Assembly (NCBI GenBank): GCA_046757595.1
Contig: JBHHYQ010000001.1
Span: 1-25,643, forward strand
DNA length: 25,643 bases
DNA from: Candidatus Omnitrophota bacterium
Lineage (GTDB): Bacteria; Omnitrophota; Gorgyraeia; Ghiorseimicrobiales; Ghiorseimicrobiaceae
Reading direction: 5' to 3'
Shown here: positions 8,032 to 19,001 of the stretch, piece by piece
Layout: each line of letters starts with the position of its first letter
How positions within the stretch are numbered: the first letter of the stretch is position 1
The notes under the pieces: generated by a model
Told to the model about the DNA's origin: nothing
The model's input: the letters and a program-made list of their open reading frames with translations, nothing else
The model's database searches: none
Program-made: the position numbers and the translations under genes

Positions 8032-8558
8032 GCATCTATTCCATAACACACTCCCTCAAGGCAAGCGCCAGACACGGGCGCCTTACCTTCGCGGCCTATT
8101 CTTTCTTGCTTTATGCCCAGTTGATGCCGTATTTTCCAGGGCCGCCTCGATGGCCTTGAATATTATCGGCGGCCCGGTCTTGGCCTTTATTAACCCTGAA
8201 AAAAGCGTAAAAATGCCCATTTTTTCAATCTTACCGACGGAGAAACTAACGAAACTTTCAACAAAGTCATCGAATTCTCAAGTGCTCTATATTGGTCAGC
8301 GCCCGGTGAAAAAGTTTCTGGTGAATATAACCCGTAGGGATCTTGAGTTCGTTTTATCCCCCAGAATAGACCAATCTTGTCGGCAAGACCAACGATTCGG
8401 TACGAATCGTCTGCAAGGCAGAACTCTGCCATTTGTTTGGCAGACACAGCCGCTTGAACCAAGTTGATAAGATCGCAGGCCAAAAGAATGAGATGGAAAT
8501 GAACCTGATTGGCCAAGAAACTGTGAGTAGGGATACTCCCCATCACAATAAATATATT

Positions 8559-8587
8559 ATTATATGACAACTAATAGCAAATAGCAA
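8559..8587 (-). promoter_or_regulatory. sigma70-type promoter upstream of the unexplained 8040-8550 segment
   Basis: TTGCTA-17 nt-TATAAT on the minus strand; overlaps an AATAGCA heptamer repeat. Confidence 0.55.
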
Positions 8588-8626
8588 TAGTTATTTTCTG
8601 ATTTTTTGGAAATGAGGGATGAACAT

Positions 8627-9163
8627 TTATGTGGATTGTTGAACATTAGCCAGAACAGACCCCTTGATTAAATTTCCCCAGGCCCCCCGATAAAGTAAAA
8701 AACAAATTCCGGAAAACAAAAACATAACGCGCAGAAACCAGCCCCAGGCGCGGATCTCGCGGCCTAAGGCCAAACTAAGCCCGCTATTGACAAATATTGC
8801 CACGGTTAGGATAATTCCCAGGGATAATGCCGGGCTCCCCCTAAACCCGCCTTGCAAAGAACGGACTAATACCGCCAGGCTGCTGTTGTTATAATCCCGC
8901 GTCAGGATAACCCCGGCCCGTTTATGCCCTCTTAACAGCCTATGAACGACATAACTATTTTGCCAAACCGCCAGAGAAACCACCGCTTCGCCGTTTAATT
9001 CCGTAATCCGGCCCAGAAAACTATACCTAAACCAAACAAACAATGTTGCCCTTGCCACCCGGAAAAGATAGTGCGTTTTGCTGTAAGCATAAACTTGGCC
9101 AATCCAGCGATCTGCGCCTCTAACCCCACGAACAACCAAACTATTATCCCAAATCGCGCTCAT
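8627..9163 (-). CDS. Hypothetical membrane protein (two C-terminal TM helices)
   Basis: 178 aa ORF on the operon strand; hydrophobic LGIILTVAIFVNSGLSLAL and WGWFLRVMFLFSGICFLLY. No family recognised. Confidence 0.65.
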   Translation of the reverse strand: MSAIWDNSLVVRGVRGADRWIGQVYAYSKTHYLFRVARATLFVWFRYSFLGRITELNGEAVVSLAVWQNSYVVHRLLRGHKRAGVILTRDYNNSSLAVLVRSLQGGFRGSPALSLGIILTVAIFVNSGLSLALGREIRAWGWFLRVMFLFSGICFLLYRGAWGNLIKGSVLANVQQST

Positions 9164-9294
9164 AAGCCAATAGAAGAAATGGAGGCGCTAAAAAGACAAA
9201 AAGAATACGAAACATTTTGGCTAACGCAGAAGGCGCAGAGAAAAACGTTCCCTGCTATCCTTCTGTATCATCTGAGGCGGCACATAGGGTATAT

Positions 9295-10305
9295 TTAACT
9301 ATTTTCAACCCTTAACTTTTCAACCTGCGGTTTGTCTGCCGGTCTTGCCTTTATGTTTATTTTTCCCTTTGGGCAGTGGCGACTCAGGATGACGAAATCC
9401 CGGCTATCCCCATCGCAATAATAAGCCACTATTGTCGCAGCCCGTTCCATACTCGTAACTTGTAACTTGTGATTTGTGACTTGTGACTTTCTAATTACCC
9501 CCACCGGCCCGGGCAACTCGTTAGACACAAAGTATGTATCTCCGTCATTAACCAGGCTCAGCAGACGTTCATTTTCTCGTTCATTCCTCCCCACAACCAA
9601 CTTAGACTTATCATTGAGACGAAAGTGTCTTCCCAGTTTTAAAAGTTCGACCTCCGGCATAGTTAATTCGCCATAACGCATCAAATCATTAAGGCGACGG
9701 GAAAAATTCTTGTCGGTCAACAGGCAGCCTCCGGCCGGACAGGGATAATCCTTTAAGCCTAACTCCCGGGCCATATTTATCTGGGGTGAACGCATCCTCC
9801 CGCTTAACCCCTGCAATGCCTCATTGCTGACCCAGCCCTCTTTTTCCGGCAGGCTCTGCGGCAAGACCCTGGCTGACAACGGGCGTAACACAAGCCCGGA
9901 CAATCCAGCCTCTTTTTCGATTAACTCCAGCTGCCGCCTTTGTTGCGACATCGGCCTCTGCCCCAGGACCTCGCCGGTAATAATAAACCTCGCCCCGATA
10001 TCCTCCATTACATCTTTAGCCTTTTTAAACATCATAATCCGGCAATCCAGGCAGGGGTTCATATTGCTTCCCCGGCCAAACTTAGGATGGGCAACAATCT
10101 GCAAATACTCCTCAGACAAAGAAACCAGGCGATAACCTATGCCCAATGCCTTTAAATGGGCCACGGCAGAACACCCGTCTTTTCTGTGGCAGCGGCAAAA
10201 CGGGCTGACAAAATTCAGGGCAAACAATTCTATGCCCGTCTTTTGGATAATCTTCATCGCCAATAAACTGTCCAGCCCCCCGGAAAACAATACCAGCGCC
10301 TTCAT
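9295..10305 (-). CDS. ThiI/MnmA-like PP-loop tRNA thiolation protein with C-terminal DUF814-like domain
   Basis: LFSGGLDS PP-loop, NPCLDCR, GEVLGQRPMSQ, CPAGGCLLTD, GRHFRL, VVGRNEREN. Confidence 0.85.
   Translation of the reverse strand: MKALVLFSGGLDSLLAMKIIQKTGIELFALNFVSPFCRCHRKDGCSAVAHLKALGIGYRLVSLSEEYLQIVAHPKFGRGSNMNPCLDCRIMMFKKAKDVMEDIGARFIITGEVLGQRPMSQQRRQLELIEKEAGLSGLVLRPLSARVLPQSLPEKEGWVSNEALQGLSGRMRSPQINMARELGLKDYPCPAGGCLLTDKNFSRRLNDLMRYGELTMPEVELLKLGRHFRLNDKSKLVVGRNERENERLLSLVNDGDTYFVSNELPGPVGVIRKSQVTNHKLQVTSMERAATIVAYYCDGDSRDFVILSRHCPKGKINIKARPADKPQVEKLRVENS
9451..9490. repeat. In-frame heptamer tandem repeat (ACTTGTR x~5.7) inside the CDS
   Basis: ACTCGTA ACTTGTA ACTTGTG ATTTGTG ACTTGTG ACTTT; encodes KSQVTNHKLQVTS on the minus strand. 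Confidence 0.9.
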
Positions 10306-10362
10306 CGCCTGCCTCGTCCGCTGCGGGCGGACAATTATTGCCCCCCCGCCAGGTCAAAGTAT

Positions 10363-11430
10363 TCAAATAATCACCCCTCCGCCCAAAACAATATCTCCGC
10401 GATAAAATACCACCGACTGCCCCGGAGATATTGCCCGTTGGGGATGGGCAAATTCCAGGGCTATCCTCTCTGGCCCCGTAAAGGAAAGGCGGGCGGGAAC
10501 CTCTTGTTGATTATAACGAATCTTCGCCTTTACGTTAATCGCCTTTTTTGGCTTCGGGACGATGAGAAGATTAACCTGCCTGGCAGACAACCGCGAAGAA
10601 TAAAGTTCTCTTTCCTCGCCGAGAATAATCGCATTCTTCTTGGCATCTATGCGGATTACATATAAAGGCCTCTTGCGCCCCCCGCCCAGGGCCCGACGTT
10701 GGCCTACGGTATAAAAGGCAATGCCGTTATGTTCTCCCAATACACGGCCATCAATGCGCAATATCGGCCCGGTTTTCGCCGCCCCCCGCCCCATCGTTCG
10801 CAGGATAAACTGCCGATATCCTCCGCCAGAGACAAAACAAATCTCCTGGCTTCCCGGCTTATCGCAAACCGGGAGTTTCATTTCCCGGGCAAGGCGGCGC
10901 ACCTCATCTTTGCTATATTTTCCCAAAGGAAAAAGCAGATAAGGCAAGGTATCACTGCTTATGGCATAGAGAAAGTAAGACTGGTCTTTGCGGTTATCCC
11001 GGCCTTTCTTAAGCAAATAATGTCCGCGGCTGCAGACAACACGGGCATAATGCCCGGTAGCCAAATAATCACAGGATAATTGCCGGGCCTTATCCAACAA
11101 TGCCCCAAACTTCAAAAATCGGTTGCAACGCACGCAGGGGTTGGGAGTGCGCCCGGATAAGTATTCCCGGCAAAAATTATCGATAACCCTCTGCCTGAGC
11201 AGGTGGCCAAAACTCAAGACATAATGGCGGATGCCCAGAACCGCGGCAATCCTACGGGCATCCTCGATGCTAGAGATATCACAGCAGGAAGGCCGCCGGA
11301 TATCTCCGCCCAGGGGCAGATTAAAACACATCGTAACACCGACTACTTCATAGCCTTTTTGCCGAAGCAGCCCCGCAGCCACCGCCGAATCCACCCCCCC
11401 GGACATCGCCACCAGAACGCGCCCTTTCAT
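10363..11430 (-). CDS. mnmA: tRNA-specific 2-thiouridylase MnmA
   Basis: VAMSGGVDS, PNPCVRCN, ATGHYA, KDQSYFL, SQEICF, ISPGQSVVFY. Confidence 0.97.
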   Translation of the reverse strand: MKGRVLVAMSGGVDSAVAAGLLRQKGYEVVGVTMCFNLPLGGDIRRPSCCDISSIEDARRIAAVLGIRHYVLSFGHLLRQRVIDNFCREYLSGRTPNPCVRCNRFLKFGALLDKARQLSCDYLATGHYARVVCSRGHYLLKKGRDNRKDQSYFLYAISSDTLPYLLFPLGKYSKDEVRRLAREMKLPVCDKPGSQEICFVSGGGYRQFILRTMGRGAAKTGPILRIDGRVLGEHNGIAFYTVGQRRALGGGRKRPLYVIRIDAKKNAIILGEERELYSSRLSARQVNLLIVPKPKKAINVKAKIRYNQQEVPARLSFTGPERIALEFAHPQRAISPGQSVVFYRGDIVLGGGVII

Positions 11431-12254
11431 TTTTCCGGTCCGGAAAAAAAGGGTTCGTTCATACTGCCGGAGCGATATCCTTCCAGGTCCAGAGTAACGT
11501 AGTCATAACCCAACTTTTTAAACAGGAAAACGACCTTTGCCCTCAACCCAGCCGTAAAATCGGCAATACGGCCTGTCTCTATCTCGATGCGTGCCAAATT
11601 ATCGTAATGCCGAACGCGCACCTGCGAAAACCCCAGCCCGCGCAAAAACTCTTCGGCGCTTTCAACCCGCTTCAACACCGCGGGGGTAATGTTTTGGCCA
11701 TAGGGCAAACGCGATGCCAGGCAGGCCAAAGAAGGCTGGTTCCAGGTAGAAAGCCCCATACGGCGAGATATCGACCTTATATCCTTTTTAGTCAAACCCG
11801 CCTCTTGCAGCGGAGAACGCACCTTACACTCTTTTGCCGCCCTGGCCCCGGGCCGATAATCGCGCCGATCGTCGTAATTTGCCCCATCGGCAATATATTT
11901 TATCCTGCGTTCTGCGGCGATCTTTTGCAGGCAAAGAAAAAGTTCACGCTTACAATAATAACAACGATTGCGGGTATTGGCGCAAAACCAGGGACTGTCC
12001 AGTTCGTTCGTCCTTATTGTCAGGAATTTTATTTTATGCCGACGAACAAACTCCTTTGCCCGAATAAGCTCCGATGACGTATATGTGGGAGAACGAGCGA
12101 GAACCGCCAAAAGGTTGTCTCCCAGGATATTCGCGGCAACCTTAGCCAATAAAGAACTATCCACCCCCCCGGAATAAGCCACCAACAACGAAGACAGAGA
12201 ACGAATAATCTCCCGTAATCTCTTCAACTTGTTCTTGAGCACGAAATCAGCCAT
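11427..12254 (-). CDS. larE: ATP-dependent sulfur transferase, LarE family (TIGR00268-like)
   Basis: AYSGGVDS, RCYYCKRELF, DGANYDD...RPG, CLASRLPYG, QVRVRH, GYRSGSMN. Confidence 0.92.
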   Translation of the reverse strand: MADFVLKNKLKRLREIIRSLSSLLVAYSGGVDSSLLAKVAANILGDNLLAVLARSPTYTSSELIRAKEFVRRHKIKFLTIRTNELDSPWFCANTRNRCYYCKRELFLCLQKIAAERRIKYIADGANYDDRRDYRPGARAAKECKVRSPLQEAGLTKKDIRSISRRMGLSTWNQPSLACLASRLPYGQNITPAVLKRVESAEEFLRGLGFSQVRVRHYDNLARIEIETGRIADFTAGLRAKVVFLFKKLGYDYVTLDLEGYRSGSMNEPFFSGPEK

Positions 12255-12317
12255 AATATACCCCCCCGGCCGATATTACACAATACAATATCGGCCTTTG
12301 CCTTATTAGGCGAAGGG

Positions 12318-13091
12318 CTAAATCAAAAACAAAAAGGATAATATCTTCTTGCCGTATAATAAGGCGACTATCGCCCCCAAAGACAAAAACGGGCCATAAG
12401 GGATGAGGTGGCTCTTACGACGCAACAACACGAATACCCCATATAGGGAACCGAATAACGGGGCAATAAAAAACGCCAACAAGGCAAACTTCCAGCCCAA
12501 AAATGCCCCGATACAGGCCATTATCTTTACATCGCCAAACCCCATCGCTTCTTTTCTAAAAACAATAGTCCCCAAAACCCCCGTAGAATAGGTAATCGCC
12601 GCTCCGCACAACATCCCCAGAAAAGACCAACCCAGCCCCTCAAGATGCCCCGCGGACTGCTGAATAACGGGAAAGAAAAAACTAAGGGCCAGGCCGCAGG
12701 CCGCCCCTCCCAGAGATACTTCGTCGGGGATAATCCGCCAGCGGATATCCACAAAGCTTGCGATAATCAACAGGCCAAAGAATAAACCATAAACCAACGA
12801 CTCCCCCGATACACCCCAACGCCAAAGACACAACAGAAACATTAACCCGGTAAGCATCTCCACGATAAAATAACACGGGTGTATAACCACATTACAATCC
12901 CGACAATGCCCGCGCAACAAGAGATAACTCAATAAAGGGATATTGTCATACCAGTTAATCCTGTTGTTGCAATAAGGGCAATGCGAACCAGGAAAAACAA
13001 TGGACAACCCGCGGGGCATACGCCAGATACAGACATTCAGAAAACTACCCACAATCGAGCCTAAGATAAAGACAATTATGGCCATAAGCAT
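12318..13091 (-). CDS. pilD: Prepilin peptidase / N-methyltransferase
   Basis: GSFLNVCIWR, SHCPYC...HCRDC, GFGDVK, IPYGPFL. Confidence 0.96.
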   Translation of the reverse strand: MLMAIIVFILGSIVGSFLNVCIWRMPRGLSIVFPGSHCPYCNNRINWYDNIPLLSYLLLRGHCRDCNVVIHPCYFIVEMLTGLMFLLCLWRWGVSGESLVYGLFFGLLIIASFVDIRWRIIPDEVSLGGAACGLALSFFFPVIQQSAGHLEGLGWSFLGMLCGAAITYSTGVLGTIVFRKEAMGFGDVKIMACIGAFLGWKFALLAFFIAPLFGSLYGVFVLLRRKSHLIPYGPFLSLGAIVALLYGKKILSFLFLI

Positions 13092-13152
13092 TCTCCGCTG
13101 TTATACCGCCTAAGCGATATGACAAATAATACCTCCTCGCTTTTGAGACAGT

Positions 13153-13181
13153 ATTATATCATATATTTGATTAATTGTTAA
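13153..13181 (-). promoter_or_regulatory. sigma70-type promoter for the pilD-larE-mnmA unit
   Basis: TTAACA-17 nt-TATAAT with an extended -10 TGn. Confidence 0.7.
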
Positions 13182-13190
13182 TATTTTTTC

Positions 13191-13360
13191 CACAACGCAC
13201 TACTGCGCTGTGACATAAATTTCCAACAGCGCATAAGGGGGTGTGGGTCCGGCCCCCGGACCAGATGGAGGCGAAGCCCCAAAATCATCCCCAAGGGGTG
13301 ACAGCGGAATAATGCGACGAAAAGGAGCATTATGGAGCGCCAGAGGGGCGAAGCCCCTAT
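13191..13360. repeat. Multi-hairpin REP/MITE-like element at the fdhD 3' end
   Basis: CACAACGCA-CTAC-TGCGCTGTG, GGTCCGG-CCC-CCGGACC, GGCGAAGCCCC twice (13270 and 13347), and an ATAATGC...GCATTAT IR. Confidence 0.7.
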
Positions 13361-14160
13361 GGAGTGGTGTCCCGTAAACCGTATTTTTCACCAGATACCC
13401 TTTGCCCTGCGGCGTAGATATTCATCCTCCGGCCACGGACAAACCCCACCAGGGTCATCGCAAAGTCACGGGCTAACTTTACCGCCTGGTCCGTAGGCGC
13501 GCTGCGGGAGGTGATTATAGGGATGCCGCCTTTTTTGGCCTTGAGCACTATCTCGCTGGACAGGCGCCCCGAGGTCAAGACAAGAGAACGGGAAAAATCC
13601 AACCCCTGCCTGAGCCCCGCGCCCAAGGCCTTGTCCAGGGCGTTATGCCGGCCAATGTCCTCCCGGAAAACAACAATCCTCTCCCCGTCCGACAACCCGG
13701 CGCAATGCACGCCGCCGCTACGTTTAAAGCCATCGGACATCACCTGCAACTCCTCGGCTAACCGCACCAGGCGGGCGCGGCCAACCCTGAAATCCGATGT
13801 TATCTTCCCACGGTGCAATATATCCAGGCTATTGTAAAAAAGCGCCCCCCGGCCGCATCCGGAGGTCCACATTCTCTTGAAAAACAACTCCTGCGACAGC
13901 CGTTTATCAACCAGGCGCGCATCCGCAACCCAACGCCGTGTATCCAAGACGATATCTTCTATGTCGCCGATACATCTTATCAATCCGGAAGAAAAAAGAA
14001 ATCCCCGGACCAAATCATCCAAATCTTTTGGGCTGCAAAGTAGCGTTACCAACTCCCGCTTATTTACATTTATCGTAAACGGCGCCTCGCAGGCCACCGT
14101 ATCTTGCCTTGTCTCCTCTCCATCTTCGCAAACCCTCTCAATCGTCAGGTCCCGAAACAT
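13357..14160 (-). CDS. fdhD: Formate dehydrogenase accessory sulfurtransferase FdhD
   Basis: VACEAPFTINVN, TSGCGRG, GGVHCAG, REDIGRHNALDK, TSGRLSSEIV, GFVRG. Start moved to the ATG at 14160. Confidence 0.95.
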   Translation of the reverse strand: MFRDLTIERVCEDGEETRQDTVACEAPFTINVNKRELVTLLCSPKDLDDLVRGFLFSSGLIRCIGDIEDIVLDTRRWVADARLVDKRLSQELFFKRMWTSGCGRGALFYNSLDILHRGKITSDFRVGRARLVRLAEELQVMSDGFKRSGGVHCAGLSDGERIVVFREDIGRHNALDKALGAGLRQGLDFSRSLVLTSGRLSSEIVLKAKKGGIPIITSRSAPTDQAVKLARDFAMTLVGFVRGRRMNIYAAGQRVSGEKYGLRDTTP

Positions 14161-14980
14161 AGCCCAATTCCTTAATTTGCCTGTAACTAAACACCGGGCC
14201 GTCCACACACACGAACTTTCCCCCAATGTCGCAATGCCCACATTTGCCTATGCCGCATTTCATATGCCGCTCCAGGAGAACGAATATCCGGTTATCGCGT
14301 AACCCGGCCCCGAGCAACCGCAGGGCCACACCGTTTATCATCACCGGCGGGCCGCAGACAAAGGCAAACGCCGCCGCTGGCCGGCGCGGGTTTATCTTGT
14401 CCCAGAGCCGAGTCACCAGGCCAACATCTTCTTTCCAGCCCGGGCCGGGGCGATCTACGGTCATAAGCACCCGGGTGTCAGGCATCTTTGCCCATTGCCT
14501 AAACTCGCCCCGAAAACACAATTGCCGCGCCGACCTTGCCCCATACAATATCCCCACCCGCCCGAACAAAGGACGATTATCAAAGACAAGATTTATCAGG
14601 CTGCGTAAAGGGGCCAGGCCTATTCCTCCGGCGATAAAATATAGGTCGCGGCCTTCAATCTCCCGCCAGGGAAAAGGACGGCCATAAGGCCCTCTCAACC
14701 ACAAATCTTTCCCTCGCCCCAAATTATGTATAACATCGGTAACCTTGCCTACGGCGCGGATACAAAATTCGATGTATCCCGGCCGAGAAGGAGACGATGT
14801 CATCGATATCGGCACCTCCCCTACCCCCGGCAGGCCCACCTGCATAAACTGCCCCGGCCGATAGGAAAATGAACGCGCCCTTTTTTCGTCTTCGAAGCGC
14901 ACACGAAACAGTTTCGTTCGTTCCGCCTGCCGGATAACCTGTTCTATTACCGCCGGATGCGATCGATAAAAATTAAGCAT
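14138..14980 (-). CDS. FAD/NAD(P)-binding 2Fe-2S oxidoreductase (AsrB / sulfhydrogenase gamma / PyrK family)
   Basis: PGQF, GEVPIS, LRGPYGRPF, IAGGIGLAPLRS, CGPPVM, ERHMKCGIGKCGHC...VCVDGPVF. Confidence 0.9.
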   Translation of the reverse strand: MLNFYRSHPAVIEQVIRQAERTKLFRVRFEDEKRARSFSYRPGQFMQVGLPGVGEVPISMTSSPSRPGYIEFCIRAVGKVTDVIHNLGRGKDLWLRGPYGRPFPWREIEGRDLYFIAGGIGLAPLRSLINLVFDNRPLFGRVGILYGARSARQLCFRGEFRQWAKMPDTRVLMTVDRPGPGWKEDVGLVTRLWDKINPRRPAAAFAFVCGPPVMINGVALRLLGAGLRDNRIFVLLERHMKCGIGKCGHCDIGGKFVCVDGPVFSYRQIKELGYVSGPDD

Positions 14981-16628
14981 TATCAATTTGTGTCACCCGG
15001 CGCACCTCGTCCGGGGTAGTGACCCCGGACCTAACCTTCTCCCAGCCGTCGTCACTTAATGTATTCATCCCCTCTTCTATCGCCTTCTTTTTTATTTCAT
15101 CGGCAGACCTTTTCTGTAACACCATCTTCCTTATTGCTTCGCTGACTACAAGAATTTCATATATCCCGGTCCGGCCGCTGTAGCCGCTATTATTGCAAGC
15201 CTTACACCCCTTGCCCTTATAATAGCCGCCGGCAAACGAATCATCGATAATCTTTTCCCCGCACTTATCACATATCACCCGAACCAACCTTTGGGCAATG
15301 AATGCCTCTACGGAAGAGGTGATCAAAAATGGATCGATGCCCATATCCACCAACCGGCTTATCCCCCCGGAGCTATCGTTAGTATGCAGAGTGGAAAAAA
15401 CCAAATGCCCGGTAAGCGCGGTCTGAATAGTAATCTGGGCAGTCTCCGTATCGCGGACCTCGCCAACCATAATTACATCCGGGTCATGACGCAAGATACT
15501 TCTCAGCGTCCGGGCAAATGTCAGATTTATTTTAGGATTAACCTGTATCTGAGATATCCCCCGTAGTTCATATTCTACGGGATCTTCAATAGTAACAATC
15601 TTTCTTTCCCGAGTATTGAGCCGCGACAGGCAACTGTATAAAGTCGTACTCTTCCCCGAACCCGTAGGGCCGGTCACAAAAATAATTCCGTAAGGTTTGG
15701 CAATTAATTTCTGCAACGCCTTATCGTCTTTTGCGGACATTCCCAAGTCCCGTCCATCAAAAAGCATCGTCGTAGGCAAAATTCGGATAACTACGTTCTC
15801 GCCATAAAGGGTAGGCAATACGGATATACGCAGGTCATATTCTTTTCCGGTGATGCGAACCTTCGCCCGTCCGTCCTGAGGCAGACGCCGTTCGATAATG
15901 TCCAGACCGGACATTATCTTTATCCGCGATATGATCGCCGAATATAAATATTTAATATTGTCCGAGACCTGGGTATCGTAAAGTATGCCGTCTACGCGGT
16001 AACGTAGGATAAGCTCATCGCGAAAGCGTTCGAAATGAATGTCCGTGGCCCGGTCGTCGATACCCTGCTGCAAGATCTGGTTGACCAGGTTCACTACCGA
16101 GGCATCCCCGGCCATCTTCTCCAGGTCCTCGACCTTTTCTTTGGGCTGGGCCTCGGCTTTTATCCCCTTGTCTTCCCCCAATATCTTTTCTATGGTATCC
16201 GCGCCCACGCCATAATGCTCGCGTATTGCCGCGGAGATATCTGCGGATGTAGCCAGGACCTTTTCCACGCGATAGCCTAAATTGGTCTCTAAGTCATCCA
16301 GCGGCCACATATCAAAGGGATCGGAGATAGCCACGGTCAGGACATTGCTGCTCAGCTCAAGAGGCATAACCTTATAATGCCGGGCAAGTTTTGCCGGAAC
16401 ATTCTTTATCGCATTCGGGTCTATCTTTGCCTCGCGCAGATCCACGAAAGGAATACCCTGCTGCTGAGAGAGGACCTCGAGAAGCTGGCGCTCGGAAACA
16501 AGCCCCATATTCACCAATATCTGGCCCAGGACCTCTTTGGTCTTGGCCTGCTCTTTAACCGCACTGTCCAGCTGTTCTGCGGTTATTATGCCCTTCTCTA
16601 CCAATATTTCTCCTAATCGTAAAGCCAT
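14973..16628 (-). CDS. gspE: GspE/PilB family secretion ATPase with N-terminal MshEN domain
   Basis: RLGEILVEKGII...EQ, ERRLPQDGR, GPTGSGKSTT, TIEDPVEY, DPDVIMVGEVRD, HLVFSTLH, CDKC...CKAC. Confidence 0.95.
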   Translation of the reverse strand: MALRLGEILVEKGIITAEQLDSAVKEQAKTKEVLGQILVNMGLVSERQLLEVLSQQQGIPFVDLREAKIDPNAIKNVPAKLARHYKVMPLELSSNVLTVAISDPFDMWPLDDLETNLGYRVEKVLATSADISAAIREHYGVGADTIEKILGEDKGIKAEAQPKEKVEDLEKMAGDASVVNLVNQILQQGIDDRATDIHFERFRDELILRYRVDGILYDTQVSDNIKYLYSAIISRIKIMSGLDIIERRLPQDGRAKVRITGKEYDLRISVLPTLYGENVVIRILPTTMLFDGRDLGMSAKDDKALQKLIAKPYGIIFVTGPTGSGKSTTLYSCLSRLNTRERKIVTIEDPVEYELRGISQIQVNPKINLTFARTLRSILRHDPDVIMVGEVRDTETAQITIQTALTGHLVFSTLHTNDSSGGISRLVDMGIDPFLITSSVEAFIAQRLVRVICDKCGEKIIDDSFAGGYYKGKGCKACNNSGYSGRTGIYEILVVSEAIRKMVLQKRSADEIKKKAIEEGMNTLSDDGWEKVRSGVTTPDEVRRVTQIDNA

Positions 16629-16643
16629 TTGAGTTTGTTGAGT

Positions 16644-18892
<2,249 letters not shown>

Positions 18893-18972
18893 TATCCCTC
18901 CTTACGCCGCTCGTATTGTCTATTGTCCCAACGACAAAAAACCCAATAATCTTTTCCACATTCAATATTGTT

Positions 18973-19001
18973 ACTATATCCCATTATCAAAAAGATGTCA
19001 A
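18973..19001 (-). promoter_or_regulatory. sigma70-type promoter for atpG-atpD-gspE-asrB-fdhD
   Basis: TTGACA-17 nt-TATAGT on the minus strand. Confidence 0.75.

Noticed and set aside
7964-8467. 167 aa plus-strand ORF
   Set aside because: Non-ATG start, no RBS, no recognisable motif, and opposite to all local promoters; not called as a CDS.
8489-8533. TPP riboswitch-like words on the plus strand (TGAGA...GAACCTGAT...GTAGGGA)
   Set aside because: P2/P3 pairing, the ACCC and TAATGCC-GCG elements are missing, and it would point antisense into a minus-strand gene with no thiamine gene downstream.
8530-8545. GGGGAGTA resembling the yybP-ykoY riboswitch start
   Set aside because: It pairs locally with TCCCTAC, and the downstream GTCA..AC and GCGAGACC elements are absent.
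10316-10332. GTCCGC-TGCGG-GCGGAC hairpin between mnmA and the ThiI-like gene
   Set aside because: Only a 6-bp stem, single copy in the window, with no U-tract; too weak to call as a terminator or repeat.
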